Positions 10,638 to 25,202 of a stretch of DNA of 64,000 nt are shown one piece after another (position 1 is the first letter of the stretch; each line of letters opens with the position of its first letter). The notes below the pieces were generated by a model. That model worked only from the letters and a program-made list of their open reading frames with translations. It was not told where the DNA came from and made no database searches. Location of the stretch: NCBI GenBank assembly GCA_023515725.1, contig JALDTO010000206.1:176442-240441 (forward strand). The letters run 5' to 3'. The DNA is from Amoeboaphelidium protococcarum X5. Taxonomy: Eukaryota; Fungi; Aphelidiomycota. Position numbers and translations under genes: made by a program.

Positions 10638-12491
10638 TCACCTTCTAGATGATGATAATTGCATTCTAAGTAAATCTTTCAATCTCGCGGTATGAGCAAC
10701 TTACACCTCTGTATCGGTGCCAGTTCGTAATAGCAATTTCAATTCCCGTTCCACAGCCGGCTACATCCATGAATTAGAACCATTAGTGGCTGCATATAAT
10801 TTCTACCAGGCAGACTTTTTAGTCAATCTCTTGTAAATCGAATGTATCATCTCAACATGGTAAATCACTGACTGATGTTCAGGAGAGGCTGCGGCAGAGT
10901 GTAATTGTCCATCAAGACTACCGCCTTCCAGCAGATAAAGATGACGTTACATATTGTCAAGTAATTCTGACCGTGAAGTAGTTGCAAGAGAGTTTACAGA
11001 GGACCACAGAGACGTCAACAAGCGCGCAACTAAGCGGTATGCAGCATAGGCTATCAGCAGTGAGGGACCGGCAGAGAATACGGCAAAGTTGAGTTCATTC
11101 GACTTGAGCAATTTCTCTACACCTACCAGTGCAGATACAACGTCAATCTTTAGCTTCTGCACTTGAATAAGTAAAATTCTAGGTAGCGATGTAGATTATC
11201 CAATTGACAATGTTCCCCTAAGCGGAGACTTGATCTTGTCCTCGTACTGATTTAACAGAATTGGATATGCCACCTTGATCTGGTCTTGAATGTCCAATGA
11301 CACATCTTCAGAATGATTATTATTACTACCAGAATCTTTGGAGAAGTCAACAAGCATCCGGGAAAGTGATTTGATATCTTCTTCTAAAATTTGAGGATTA
11401 ACTTCTGCCATAGAGTTCTACTACTAACCATTACTATTTCTAATGGTTTCGTAAACTTGGATGCTAGGCTATACAATCCAATTCTAAAAGTAATCAATCA
11501 AAGTAGATTGAAATTAATGCATAAAGCTAATAATACTGTCCCAATTTATCGCAATGTCATGACCAATATGAGATATAAGACAAATGCACAAAGTGATAAT
11601 AATCCAACGGCTCTAGAGACCAGTAGGAGGTCCGTTCTAGCGAACCAGATTTTAAGAGACACGCTTATAAGCATCTTCCAACACACGTAATTATTCAATA
11701 AAACTATCCAAGTCTAGATCTGAATGTTAAAAGTTAGATTTCACGGCGGATATAACACAAACTTTTTACATCCACTCGGCATTCATCAATTGCTTAGTTA
11801 AAGCTTCATCAAAGCCAGACGAGGAACCTTTATCCAATGATGATAATTGCCTAAAGTCATCAGTCACATGAGAATCTTGTACAACACCTTGAGCCAAGCT
11901 GTGAAGCAAATCCAATTACGCAACTTTAAGATTACCGCATTCCGTGGCTCGTAGTCGAAACTAATGAGTAACAGAGTTGCGCACTATACTCATTGCAGAT
12001 TTAAACACAAACGGAAATCTCTTACAGTAAGAGAGAGGACTTGATATAAGCAACTTAAATTCTCTGCTTACCCTTAAAATGGTTATCTTAATCAATCCGA
12101 ACCAGCTGCGATAACGTACAAATGATTGAACTCGATCAGCATCCAACTGTTGAAACCATGACGCTGCAGTCCATGGAAATAGAGATGTTTAATAGTACAG
12201 ACTTCTGAAGAAACTCTTGGACACAGAATGCCAAACCTATTATGCATAATCCAGTTTCTATATAGTAATTAAAGTTCTCTTTACCAGCCTGGATTAAGTA
12301 GTTAATTGAGATTGAAGCTTAATCAAAGTGGCAAGTTCTGGCATTTCATTCATATTCTCAAACGCTCTCTGCTATTCAAAGAGGGGTACAGACTAAAAAG
12401 CAGATTGATTTGTCTAAGTATTATCCAGCTACAATTGAGTCCATACTTAATTCCAATATTAGATTCTCTCTTCCAAAAGTTGTTCAATCAT
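10638..12491 (-). CDS. NCA2: Nuclear control of ATPase protein 2 (Nca2)
   Basis: LIQVQKLKIDVVSALVGVEKLLKSNELNFA motif. Three ORF-track fragments share one frame joined by TAR codons; ends at TGA. Confidence 0.8.
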
Positions 12492-12841
12492 CTCTCAAAG
12501 TTTAACAATGATTTTCCAAGAGTAAAAAAGCTATAGAAGAAGGAATGGAGGAACTCGTTTAAAAAGTTCATAAAAAACGCGACTGAATTTGTTGCGCGAC
12601 GTCTAATCTCCAAACATTCTCAATTGCATAAAGAGAAGGGAGACTCCATAAGATTGATAAATGTATAAGCCAATACATAAAGACAACTCTATATGTAATG
12701 TACGGAATATTCTATTGCACAATGTACGAATCCTCATGCATCATCAATTTCAATTCTCTTCACCTACAACGTGGCCGCCGACTCTGCAGTTACATCATAG
12801 CACCCACTCAACAATCACATACTAAAGTCTTGTAGGAGAAC

Positions 12842-15496
12842 TCAATTGCTCGGTTTCTATGAACCAGACTAGACTTACTAACTAGAGATATCTTTACGCG
12901 ATTCATCTTGCGGCTATTCCGAAATATCAATGGATGCAGTACTTATGGCTAAGCCAACCAAATCAGTTTACGAATCCAGACGCTTTTCAAATCTCTCTCT
13001 GGCATCAGCCAAACGTATTGCCTATGTGGCATCTTCATGGTGATACTTGTCTTTATCATTAAACTCATGGCATACCACATCATCACTAGATACGGTTGCA
13101 TTAACCAACGCGGATACCCCCTTTCCATTATCCTAAGCGGTGTTAATGTAGGTGGATGTAGGCGACGAAATATTTTACGCAGAACTTCTCATCTTCGCAC
13201 TGCTTCCATGATAACTTCTACTCACACGATCGGAATCAAATTGAGATTACTACTTCTACTCAATAGGCTGCAGTAGACCAGCGGCCGACTTTCGCAAGCT
13301 TTTAGATTTTTATTTACTGTCCACGCTCCCTAATTTCTGAAGACCGTGATCAGACAGAGACTTTCCATGGCGTCGTTATTCTGCAATTTACAACTACTAC
13401 TGAATACTGTGCTTTTTTAAAATATCTTTGAATAGAGACAACAGCGTATCGATGCCCTTCAAATATCCAAAATCGCATCCCGTGAGATCATCATTCTCCT
13501 CCTTCAACAACACCATCCTGGCCCTCTCTTCCAACTCTCTCCTGGTCAGGTACGGATATATATCAAGAGCGCCTACCAGTTTAGACCGCGAGCACTCCTC
13601 AATCTTCAGGTCTGAGTTAACGTCTTCCAACTCCACCTCAGTGCCAAGATCCACCATGTGTCTACCAGTTGTATACTGTGCCAGCGCAGGTCGCCTTCTG
13701 ACACGCTTAGCCGCCTTATTTCGGTACTCGTCAGTCATCTCTTTGGTGACACAATGAGTAAAGTCAACCATTCTCACCTTGATCATTCCATCCTATTGCT
13801 TATTAGATCCATCATACACCAGCAGGAGAGACGATGCGTAAAACCGAAAACACTCCATATTAATGATAACCTTTCGCAAATCGAGCAGAGATGATATCAA
13901 ACTGTATACCAAATCGACTCGGACTGATCCATTGTTCATAAGAAAGTTGGTCAAAGTGGACAGCAGTTCTTCCCTAGATCTTATGGCTCTACCTCGGTAC
14001 TTGTCTTGGAAATAGTATCGATTAGTGGTGCTTTTATACACCTACATTCCACATAATCTTACACCATACTCCTGAGATGTAGATTCCATAACTTTCTTCA
14101 TCTGTTTCTACCTTTTGTCCTTTGAGGCGTTAAGTGGATGCTGCCTGGTGCCCATCTTGAGGTCCAATATACACGGATGTTGATACCCTGCAGTCAAATC
14201 TTCAAGCAATAAGAACTAATCCTTCTCCACATCTTTATTCTTACTCTTACTCTATGACAAGTTCTCGCTCTTCTTCTCTTTCTACTTATACTATTAGCCT
14301 TATTCAAATTCACCAACCAGAGGAGACACATTCTAAGGAGGATCTTGATACTTTGTGGTGTATAGATGAAGAGACCATGGATTGATGTACGGAACATTCT
14401 TCTCAAAATCAACTTCTTCCTAGGGAGATTCACTAACGCGCTGAGACAGACGATCTTCCACTGGAGATTCCCGGTTAGGATGGATTCTAATCCGAGATGA
14501 CTAAGAGTGACTGTACGGAGATGGTGGGGAGTGGTTCTAATGACCGGATGAAATAGATGATCTCTTGATTGGAATGCTGTCAGATTACTATTGCTGCTGC
14601 TGTTTGCGTTCTGACTGCTCATCCACATAAACCATCTGATCCACTAAATTCTCATCAGCGTCCACCAGATCTTGTACATTATCCACGTCACTATCCTTAA
14701 AATCGACATGACTATGAACATCTAATCCGGCGCTTTACTAATCACCAGATAGCTCCTCCTAGTCTGCCGCATAACTACCGTGCGTTATAACATCCAGAAT
14801 ATCGTCCATTGTAAATATAGGATCATTATTAGACTTAAGTGGCGCAAATCTGCTAAAGTCATTCCGACTCAGAGACGGAGCAGCTGATCGATTGTTGAAT
14901 TTAGAGAATCGAGCAGACTTTGGAGATGCTGGTGACGGATACATTGAATCTGCAGCAAAATCTTGGACCAAATCATTCGCAGACTTATAGAAATTCCCTT
15001 ACAGATGAGCTTTACCTGATACGACAGAATTGACACTGATCTACTTCAATCCATATGATGACTTGCTCTGACTGAAGCCACTCTTTACCCCAGCTTATTA
15101 TTATTATTATTATTCATATTAAGGATCCTACGACCGCTCTGAGGCAGCATGATTATTTCCATTATCGAGCAAGTTTGCAAGTAAAGCGGTATTAGTGTTA
15201 TTATTATTACTGTCACTTTGATTTTAAAAATTATTAACCTTGCTTTTGAGAGGTGCATCGAGCGAGTCCAATACCAATCTCGGCGTGACATCTCCCTAAT
15301 CACATTCCACCTAAACTATGCCAAGATAATTAGGCACAAATCGGTGCTGTGGATTAGAGAGCAGAAATGGCATTTTCTAGTAGAAGGAGTGCTCTTTTGT
15401 AGACAATGGCTTACACACCGCATCATGGGTAAATCTCAAGAATGGAGCATGTCCACCAACCTGATGAGACAGTGGTTCCAAAACTGGATTCATCAT
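12842..15496 (-). CDS. KCS1: Inositol hexakisphosphate kinase (IP6K/Kcs1)
   Basis: [46 protein letters not shown] and MVDFTH motifs in one frame. Confidence 0.9.
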
Positions 15497-16118
15497 TTTT
15501 TAATAAGGATACAATATCAGCAATAGCCAAGGATTAAAATTTATAATGTTTTTACTACTATTTATTTATATATAGAATTAAAGAAATTCAAACACTAAAC
15601 AATTATTCCAATCTGTCTAGACTCCAGTACAGTATACTACTTTCTTTATTTGAGACAAAAGGAGAGAAAAGAATAACAGTACAGTATGTTAATTGACGAG
15701 AAAGAGGAAAGATTCATTCTTGATGACGATCGTAAGCATTTCTTGCAATCACGGCACAAAGGAGTAAAACGCCCTGTTTCACTATGCTGTTCATACTGAC
15801 TACAACTATACACGGTTCGCAATTCTCCGTGTTTCATCTCTACCGTAATTTACATGCTCGTTGCAATGTTCTTTGAATGTCGTTTATGGTGTTTCGTACG
15901 TTTCAGGATAAGTTCAGTGTTGGTCTGGATTTGTCAACTACTTTCAAGGGACGTGTGTACGCCTTCTTGTTTACTTTTGTCTTGATTGTTGTATGAAAAT
16001 CGCGTTAATATTCACCAATATTGTAATTATATTAATTTGAAAACTTCTTTTATTAATTAAATTCTTACTGTACATAGCCTTTATTTACAAATAAATATTT
16101 AGTTAATCTATAATAGTA

Positions 16119-18116
16119 ATGAAGTGCAAGGTGTGCAAGAGTAAACGATTTAATCTGACTGATCTGGGATTCTATGTGTGTGCGAATGGACACGCTTAAG
16201 AGTAGATGGTGGACACTAGAGCGGATGAATTTATACAGACTGGTGTTGGTCGAGAGCTGTCAAAGAATCAGCGACTATCTCAGTCGTCGTCATCCAAAAA
16301 GAAGGATAAGAAGAATAGTAAGAGTGATGGAAGTAAGAGGAGCGGAAGCGTGTCTGCAGATGGCGAAGATAGTACCACTGATTATTATGATACTGAGGAC
16401 AGTGAGGGAAGTCAAAAGAAGCTATAAATGTCGCCAATGATGAAGCGCATAGTGGACACGTATGATGGAAGAAAATTGAATTTGTTTGAAGTTTCTGGTA
16501 CACTCTTCCTATAAAGCATATTCTATGAGTAGTGCAAGTGGCTGGTAGATGCTGCCTTGGTGAGCGACGACTTTATGGAGATTGCAAAGCGGTTCTGGCT
16601 TTAACATTGTCAGTCACGAGAGAGTTCAGTCTAGTCCAAGTAATTTAATAGCAGTACGATTCAAGATAGAGATTTATTACTATTGCTCTTCCATGCTTGC
16701 TAGCACTCATAAAAGACTAGAATCGTAGTGTTAAATGATATTGTATCCTTGTGCTCTCTGGGTAGAATATAATACGATCATCGCCAAGTATAAGTTCCTA
16801 AGAATTAGTAGTGCTTGCCATTTCTGGACGTGTATTAACGTGTTCCTACTCAAATATTCTCCATGTTTAAATTGTAGTTTACTTTCGATGATCCTGGCAC
16901 TCCGTCACTACTTTCCCTTAGATTTACGAGTAGAATACATTCCGTAGGTGGTTTTAGATTTATTCAAGATAAACGTCTCTGTTTCCGTGTGCTAGTCAAG
17001 CGTTTACTCTTACCTGAAGGCTTTGTGTCCCTCTGCTGTAAATTGTATTAAGCTATGTATATTGAAGGAAGAGGAGAGCAATATAAAGGTAACATTTTGA
17101 GTCCTTTGTACTTTGAAATGAGGATTGCCGTGTGCATTTTGATAACTGCCAAGTTTTGTTGGGGTGATGGTGTACGTGAAGGATAAATGTATGAGATACG
17201 GAAGGAGATACCTCGCATTTGGACAAGGTGCAAGTATCGGCCTACTCAAGATGGATTCAGCTGTTGGAAGCACTGGTTTAAATCGATTTATGCTCTGGAA
17301 AAGGAGCGTCTGTTCACTTAAGCAGGCGGTGTGATGAAGAATGATTTAAACGATATGCCGTCACTATAGAATTCTCATCGATAGCTTAAACGAGAGTCCA
17401 TGGACAAGGCGTGGAGTTAGTAGAAATCCGTTGGTTCGTACGATGAATTTGTGGAGCATTTTCCTCCATCGGTCGGTCATAATTAGAAAGGTCGCCCATC
17501 GAATACTGTATTTGAAGATTATTATCAGGATTGTTTTATTGCGTAGATGAAGAATAAGGATCGCTCTGAGTATTTGAAGTAGAAAAGTGCGTACATGTGC
17601 CACAGTGTATACAAAGACTTCTTTCAGGTTTAACTAACTGATCGTGGCTTCTTCAGAACTCATAACGTAAATTAGCCCATGATGAAGCAAGGCGTGTTAA
17701 AGAGATTCTAAATCACGCCTTTTGAAGATGTAAACACTGAATATACAAGTTAGGAGAAGTTGGAAAACCTCAAAGCTACGGACTATCTTAAGTAAATCGA
17801 CGATACTAATGATTTACATGATGATTAACTAGATCAATCTGACATTAAGTTAATGAGAAACGCCGTCCCATCTCTAATAGCTAGACTGTCTGTCATTATG
17901 GATTATAGTGCTTTCGATATTCATGAAAGTCTGCTATCTATGGAGGGCCGCATAGATCTGGATTATGTTCGAATATTTGTTGACAAGAATAGAGAAAGTT
18001 ACCTGGAGTAGAGAAATGCCAAACGTGCTGGTGGTAGTGCTTTTTCGTAAAATTAAGATGAAGACTAGGAGGATGATGTGGAAGATGAAATGAATGATGG
18101 CGACCAAGATTAGTGA
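16119..18116 (+). CDS. RRN7: RNA polymerase I core factor subunit Rrn7/TAF1B-like
   Basis: N-terminal zinc ribbon MKCKVCKS...GFYVCANGH followed by a helical region and acidic tail; ends at TGA. Confidence 0.65.
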
Positions 18117-18249
18117 GAGATTATTCGCCTGTGTAAGATGTTTAAATTGAAAATTGCCACACAATCTTCCACTACAAGGTTTTTATTACTATCATTGATC
18201 CAATATTTCAATTTTCGCTTACTAATCAGTCAATTAATTAATTAATTAA

Positions 18250-18821
18250 TCATTGAGCATGACCAGTCACCTTCTTCACGGTTGCATCATCGGCAGGTGG
18301 ACGCTGGTTCAGACCCTTTTCAAGACTGTCTGACAGCTTAGCCTTCTCCAGATCAGCTTTAGCCTGCTGCAGACTTGGGGCCACCTGCTGATCCTTGAGG
18401 ATGTTCAGCTGCTCCAAAGACTTTGCCTCTGGGCGCGACTCAATCTTCTTCTCCAGAGCATCCTCCAACTTGGCTCTCTCCAACTCAGCCTTGGCCTGTT
18501 ACAGAGCAGGTGCGACGTGGATATCCTTCACAATGTTCTTCTCAGCCAAATCATCCAGCGATGGACGACCTTCAATCTTCTTGCTCAAAGCATCTTCAAT
18601 CTGAGCCTTTTGCAGATCATGCGCCTACTACTGCAGAGCTGGAGCGATTGATGAATCTACATATTACTTGAGAGAGTTACCAAATGACTAATGCCATAAA
18701 ACACAATGCGAGTGAGACAGTAATACATACCTTTCAAAATGTTCTATTCCACGAGCTCCTTAGCATCAGGGCGATGTTACAGCTTCTTTTCAATGTTTTG
18801 TGCAGTCTCTCCTTGAACCAT
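18250..18821 (-). CDS. RPEL-repeat protein (intron 18657-18730)
   Basis: Four repeats of the form L..KI..RP....L...NILK; one GT-AG intron restores the frame. Confidence 0.85.
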
Positions 18822-19269
18822 TGTATATATATATATATAAATTTTACAGAGGTTTAATAAATGTTATGAAGCAATGTTAGATAAGGTAAGAAGAGGACAC
18901 AGCTGGCAAGAGGGGAAATTGTCGCGACGAACTTACAGAAATGTGGCTTGACTGTTGCTCAATTAAGGGCGTCATGAAACACGTTACGACTACAGTCGGT
19001 ACTCAAAGCTTTCTATTTTACTCTTTCCTTGTGTACTCAATGTTTTGTGATTGTTGTTAAGAGATATATTCATTATTGGAGGATTGATAGTGTTAAGATC
19101 ACTGTACTTTAACTAAATTTGATGAGGATTATGATTCTACTCAGCATGTTTGAAGTACAGTGTCTATCTCTCTCTCTCTGTCCCTGGCTTCTCTAATCGT
19201 GGAACCATTTCTTCATTTTTCTTTTCAGAGCGAATTTTATCGTTAAAGTAAATAGAAAATCACACGAGT

Positions 19270-21600
19270 ATGAAATAGATTGAAATTGATTTATTGAAAG
19301 ATGTCTCTAGATAAAACATTGAAAATATCAATGATCGTGAATTGTCCATCATTGATCAATTCCATTGTGGTAAGTATTAGGACGTGATTTCTAAGCTCAA
19401 TGTCGATTGCGTCAATATCAGCGAAAGCATCTCATCGCTGAGTAATAGTGATAGACTCGTGGTGGTGGCTTGTCTTATTCAGCTGTTTGTCTAGGATAAT
19501 TTTGTTGGACCTGTCGAAGATAGTGATGAAGATTTTGATGATCATAATTTAGAACTTGACGCGTAAAAATATGCTTCCGATATCAGCGGTGAGGATCTGC
19601 TGCCAAAAACGCGTCTATTATGGTATCTCACTTCGTCAATTGACATTCTGAATGATATCATCCTATCTGAGCACAAAGTTGGTGCTAGTATCTGGTTATT
19701 GAGATCCCTGTTCTTATTACAAAGACTGTGTGAAAATCCGTCTGAGAAGCTCAAGACGGCAATGTATGACGTGATTTAGAGTATTGGTGAATTGGCAATG
19801 GAAGACAGTTTGGACGTCTATGTTCTATTGTAATTGTTAGAGATTAACATTTATCAGTACTATGGAGATAATGTCAAGTCTGGCGCGACTCTAAAATCTT
19901 TAAAGCAGTAAATCAGTTTTGACTATTCAGTTACGGGCGAGTTTGGTAGGAAGATGACTTTGCAGCGAAATGACGTGGCGCTATTGAAAGTAAATGTTAA
20001 TACGCTTTCGATTATAAATGGTAATGATAATACGGTAAATCTTAGTGATGAAGTGTAATGCTTGCCTCATGCCATCAATGTCGATAATGAGTTTCTGTTG
20101 CAGAGTGTATAGTGGTAATCCAAGAATGGAGATGATAATCATATCCATCTGCATCCTCTAGAGTAAGCTATCATATTGGCAGATTGCAAGTAAGTTTAGA
20201 GTAGCAATCCTGATGAAGATATATCGCGTGAATAGATGTGGCCATATGTGTACTGTGTGCTTGGATAGAAGAATTGTAATATCATGTATTCTTAAGCCTT
20301 GTTGCTACGATCATAGCTGGAGTCTCACAAGAGCAAGTATGTTGAGCGTGCCCTTTTTTAGTTGCAGGAGCTTGTGGATCACTATGGTAGATTTGGTGAT
20401 AAGGGCGGAGAGAAGGCGCAGTACTTTCATGCGACGACATACCCTTCCATCGTGGAGTTGAAAAGATTATTTGCTTAGCGTCTTGCTGGTCTTGGTGTGT
20501 TTAAATCTGCCATGGAAATATATGAATCCCTTCATTTGTGGGAAGATGTGGTGAATTGCTTAGTAATCTTGGAGGAGGATTAGAAGGCGGAGTAGTTGCT
20601 GGTAGATTTGTTGAGCAAGTAGCCTGATTCCCCGAAATTGCTCTGCATTCTGGGCGACATTAGAAAAGATAGCACCCTCTATCAGTAGGCGTGGTAAGTT
20701 AGTGGTGGTAGGTATGCGAGAGCTATGAGAAGTTTAGGTGGGTATTATTTCAAGCAGGGTGATTATCGCACCTCTATTGATTGCTATAATAAAGCGTTAA
20801 GCATAAACTCTTTATTTGAAAGTTCTTGGTATGCTCTTGGATGTGCCGCCTTGAAGATTGAAGATTGGGATCAGGCTGAGCGCGGCTTTAGATAGTGTGT
20901 ACAGCTGAATAGCGAGAATGGAGAAGCTTGGAATAATTTGGCTGCGATTTATAGTGGCACTTCCCGCGACGCTGATGCTTTCAGATGTCTCAAAGAAGGA
21001 CTTAAGGTTAAATTTGACAATTGGAAAATGTGGTAAAATCTCTTGCACGTTGGACTCCCTATTGGCGAGTATTTTGATTGTATCCAAGCTTACGAACGCC
21101 TGATTGATCTCTAATGGTCTAAGCCCAACTCTTTGGATATCAAGATTCTACGCGCTCTGATCAAATGTATTGTCAAGTCTTTGTCTACGCGTGATATCAA
21201 TTAGTCAGCTCTGCTCACAAAAACTAAGAGTCTTCTTGATTTGGTAACTCAGAAGCATCCGTTCAATTATGAAGCTTGGTAGATCTATACTGACTTTCAT
21301 GCCAGTGTCAACGATGAAGAAAAAGCTTTGTAAGGGAAGATTTCGGAATATAAGGCAATAAACACGTCAGGTGTAGCGGAGCGTGCTTTGTATGATGAGG
21401 AATCTTTCGCGTTGTTGGTCAAATGTGCTTTAGAATTGGCTGAAACTTATCGCCTGGCACAGAACAATGGCTATATGCAAGATGGCAAGTCCTAGGCTCG
21501 CTTGATGTTGAAGAATATTTTGAGAAGATTCAGAGATACATACGAAGGATCTTAATTACTCAGCTAAATTGAGACAGCATTGGAACAGTTTACTGTTTGA
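19270..21600 (+). CDS. TTC27: TPR protein TTC27/Emw1
   Basis: LHPLEQAIILA, VERALFQLQELVD, GVFKSAMEIYESLHLWEDVV and YARAMRSLG motifs plus TPR repeats. Confidence 0.85.
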
Positions 21601-21799
21601 TTAATAGTGACAACATAGGTGCTTTTAAAAATAGACTGGATTTTAAAAATAGGCTTGAATCAACCAGATTTCCTCACCAAGATACCACTTTCATCTCTCA
21701 GCAGCATTGATTAAAGGACAATATATCCCATCCATTTGTAGTCAAACTCAATTAATTGAACTAAAATCATTCAGGTCTTAAAAAACTAAATTCTCAACT

Positions 21800-23428
21800 A
21801 TGCGTTCCGAAGATCAAGTAAAGATCGAATCAACAACGTCGCCGGCAGATTCGAACACGACGGCGGTTGATGGACAGAGATCAGTCAAAAAGTTGTGGCA
21901 AGATCAAGCACAAAGCAATCTAATACTTAAAAGATCTCACAACGAACATAATGATGCAAATGATGAGGCGACTACTGCAACAAGTAATGACAGTATTGCT
22001 AACCAGGGTGATAGTGTATCTAGTGATGGTAAGAGTCAAGATCGTGAAGGAGGCGAAGGGAAGCAGGAGCGACCTAAACAAATGCAGCGCCGGCGACGCA
22101 CAACTGAGTATCAGCTGAAGCGTCTTCTGGAGATATTTGAGACCATCACTGACACTCCATCGTTTGGGCAGCGAGATGGTATTGCACAGGAGCTTGGTAT
22201 GACCAACAGGGAGGTGCAGGTGTGGTTTCAGAATCGTCGTGCAAAGATGGCGAAGCTGCGCGCCGAGGCTCTAAGGAGGGAAAATACTTAGCGGGAATTG
22301 ATGTTTAATTAGTTGGCGATGCATGGACATATATAGCAGCAGCATGATATACAAGGAGTTCCTGTCTCAGTCGCTATTGACTACGCAACTTTAAAGTAGC
22401 ATCAACTGAACGATCCACGCGCAAACTATTAGATTCTGTCATCAGTTAATACCACTGGTCTGGGCTTGCTTCCATCAAAAGGTAACGGGGATGGCTTCAA
22501 TTCACCTGCAACTCTGTCTAATTTCACATAACGTCAGCAGTCTTAGAGATATAACAATGCCACTCTGCCTGCCATGTATGTATTGAGTGCGTAAAATGAA
22601 CGTTTACTATCAATTAAACAGCAACAGCAATAAAAGAATACAGCTCTTGGCTTGCCTGTATAAGTTGCAAATTTTGGATAATCAAGCGCCTTAAAGTAGG
22701 AATATACCGTAGACTCTGGCCGCGTCAGTGATTTCTCTGGATCTGATGGTAAAACCAGTGTTGGATTAAGCAGTCCATTCCGGGATATAGATCTGCAAGG
22801 TGGATAAGGATTTGGTATTGGCCGCACTGCAAATACAGGTCTCTCCAGGTAGGAGTCGGATGATTTGAAGTTGGATAGAAACGCGGGATTAGCCGGAGTT
22901 AACTATTCCACTAATCTACAGGTGTCCAGTATCTAGAAAGATTAGAGTCAGATGCTGAATGTACCATCCAACAACAGTAGCGATCACTAGTTCTTCTTGA
23001 AGGGAGTGGGTGGCCATTCAGTATCAGACTTCATCTAAAGTCCTCATCTTTCCAATGAGTTGCCTAGCTGGTTCATTTCTAATAATTCTACCACTTTTGC
23101 TGTGCCGGTAGATGCATCATCATTGCCTTCATTACCAGTCAATTATCAGAGTCATCACTACGAGCTCAAGTATAAGGATTAAAAGCAAAATTAAACTGTT
23201 GTTGATTAAAGCTAGGAATTGGAATCCCCTACCGATAAAGTATTGCCGTTCTTTAAAAGTAAAATGCCTAATGATGCCAATAATGAGGCGAGCGATAAGT
23301 CTATGGGATTGTAAAAGTCTAATGCAATAGGACATTCTGAAAAAGATTCCGCTGTAGATCATGCGCCATCCATTATATCCAACTCTGCTAGACCGTTTAA
23401 GAAACAGCGTTAGTCAGTGTCGTTATGA
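21800..23428 (+). CDS. Homeodomain transcription factor with a Gln-rich C-terminal region
   Basis: RRRRTTEYQL...LGMTNREVQVWFQNRRAK; frame open to TGA 23426-23428 with TAR=Gln. Confidence 0.9.
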
Positions 23429-23617
23429 AATTATGTAAACTATTGTTATCATGACGGATTTGTACTGTAAAGCTTTTGTAAGATTATGATAAGCTTGAAT
23501 TGCCGCGTAAAATAGACCTTAACATATTCCAAAAGAAGTCTATAATTTACCTTAATCTATTATTCATTACCTATTACATACGGCATTTTTCAAATATATA
23601 ATATAATGACGCACTAA

Positions 23618-24897
23618 TCAAGCATTTTAATTGTGAGAGATATCATCACGTAGCATTGAACTCAATTAGTGGCTAGAGGATGCGGCAGAAGGGAGATTGC
23701 TATTACTCGCCAAATTTTAAACACTGCTAACATGAGAATCCTGATGATTACCAGAAGACTGACGCGTCGCAGCAGAGGATTATTGCACCACGCCAGCGGT
23801 ATTCAATCTCCGGAGCCATTTCATTCTCTGAGCAGTTTTACTCTTCTAATTAATGCGAAAGCCATATATTCTCGGCACATACACACCACCTTGTGAGAAC
23901 TGTGATCGATCAGTGCCTTACATAGAGCCAATAGAAGTCCCTATATTTACAGACTCTAGAGCATTACGCTGCCACATGAATTGCACCTGCTCAAACTATT
24001 GTGGATAAGTGTTTATCAAAAGATGTGCCGCAGTCTAACCAAATGCACATCCATCTAAAGCCTGGTGTTTGCCATGAGTAGGGTGATATAGATCGATGCA
24101 CATTGGACAGAATAGAGAGACGGTGTGTTCATTAGGAAACTCTGACATGCCAACAGGAAGCAGGCTCTATTATTGACATAGAACTCGCGGGCATTCGCCG
24201 TACACCTGACCTAAATAATTCTCCAACAGCAATTTCTATCCTTACTTGGTCCTAATAAATCTCTAATGAATTAACATGTACAACTTTTCCGCTGATGTCT
24301 CTATAATATGCATCTCGCTCTTTGAATACCGACCCTCTACATCAATGAAATCATCAAAGTAATTAATCCAACCTAATGGTAAATATAATCATACCTGGTC
24401 CAGTGTCTAAAATCATCTCAAGAGCCTCTTAAAAATACGGCACAAGCATATTAAGTCCTGTAAGATTAAATTCATCCTCAATAAAAGATTCTGCCACTTC
24501 TACAAAGAAATCATGTCCTTCCAACGAGCAGAACCATTCAATCCAAGAAACTACATTAAATTATAAATGACGTGATATGAATGCGTTTATGGAACAATGT
24601 CGACAATAAACTACCTTCGGAACCCTCATCATCCTCTTCTTCATCGTCATCATCATCATACACTCCATAATACTCTTGCTGCTGATGATAATCTTGTTAG
24701 TGATGATGATCATCATCCTGCATAGAATCTGTATGTTCACGCGCCAAATTGGGATCCACGACATCTAGACTGCCAGTACTGGACGTTGATGTCTAGGTGG
24801 TGGAGCTGCTACTGCTGCTGTTGGTGCCAGTAGCACTCGACCCTGCCACTAATTACTAAACTTGTAGATTTCGAATCTATTACGATTAAGACGCCAT
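23618..24897 (-). CDS. CKB1: Casein kinase II regulatory subunit beta (introns 24337-24394, 24551-24614)
   Basis: [29 protein letters not shown], zinc-binding Cys motifs and YVPRIYGF. Confidence 0.9.
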
Positions 24898-25202
24898 TCC
24901 TGATGTTGAATACTATGAGTCTCACGTAACAATCAACTTGGATAAGCGCCACAATAAACTGAATAAACTTTGTGAGGAAAAGATGGATTTCTTGGCTGGT
25001 CTCTCTCTCTCTCTTGAAAGGAACGGAACTGAAGACGGAACCGTTTCAGGAGACGGACGGGTCCAGACCGATGTTGTGCTGACGATTTGATAAAGACTTT
25101 CTATAAAGATATTCATGGAAAATAGTTATATTCATTGATAAATTCCGAATATCATAAATGTCTTGTATACTATACAGTACTAGACGCGTTATGTATAAAG
25201 TA

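Noticed and set aside
15530-16110. Possible ncRNA in long intergenic regions (also 58400-58830)
   Set aside because: No tRNA cloverleaf, paired C/D boxes or snRNA motif found by eye; a covariance-model search would be needed to exclude one.
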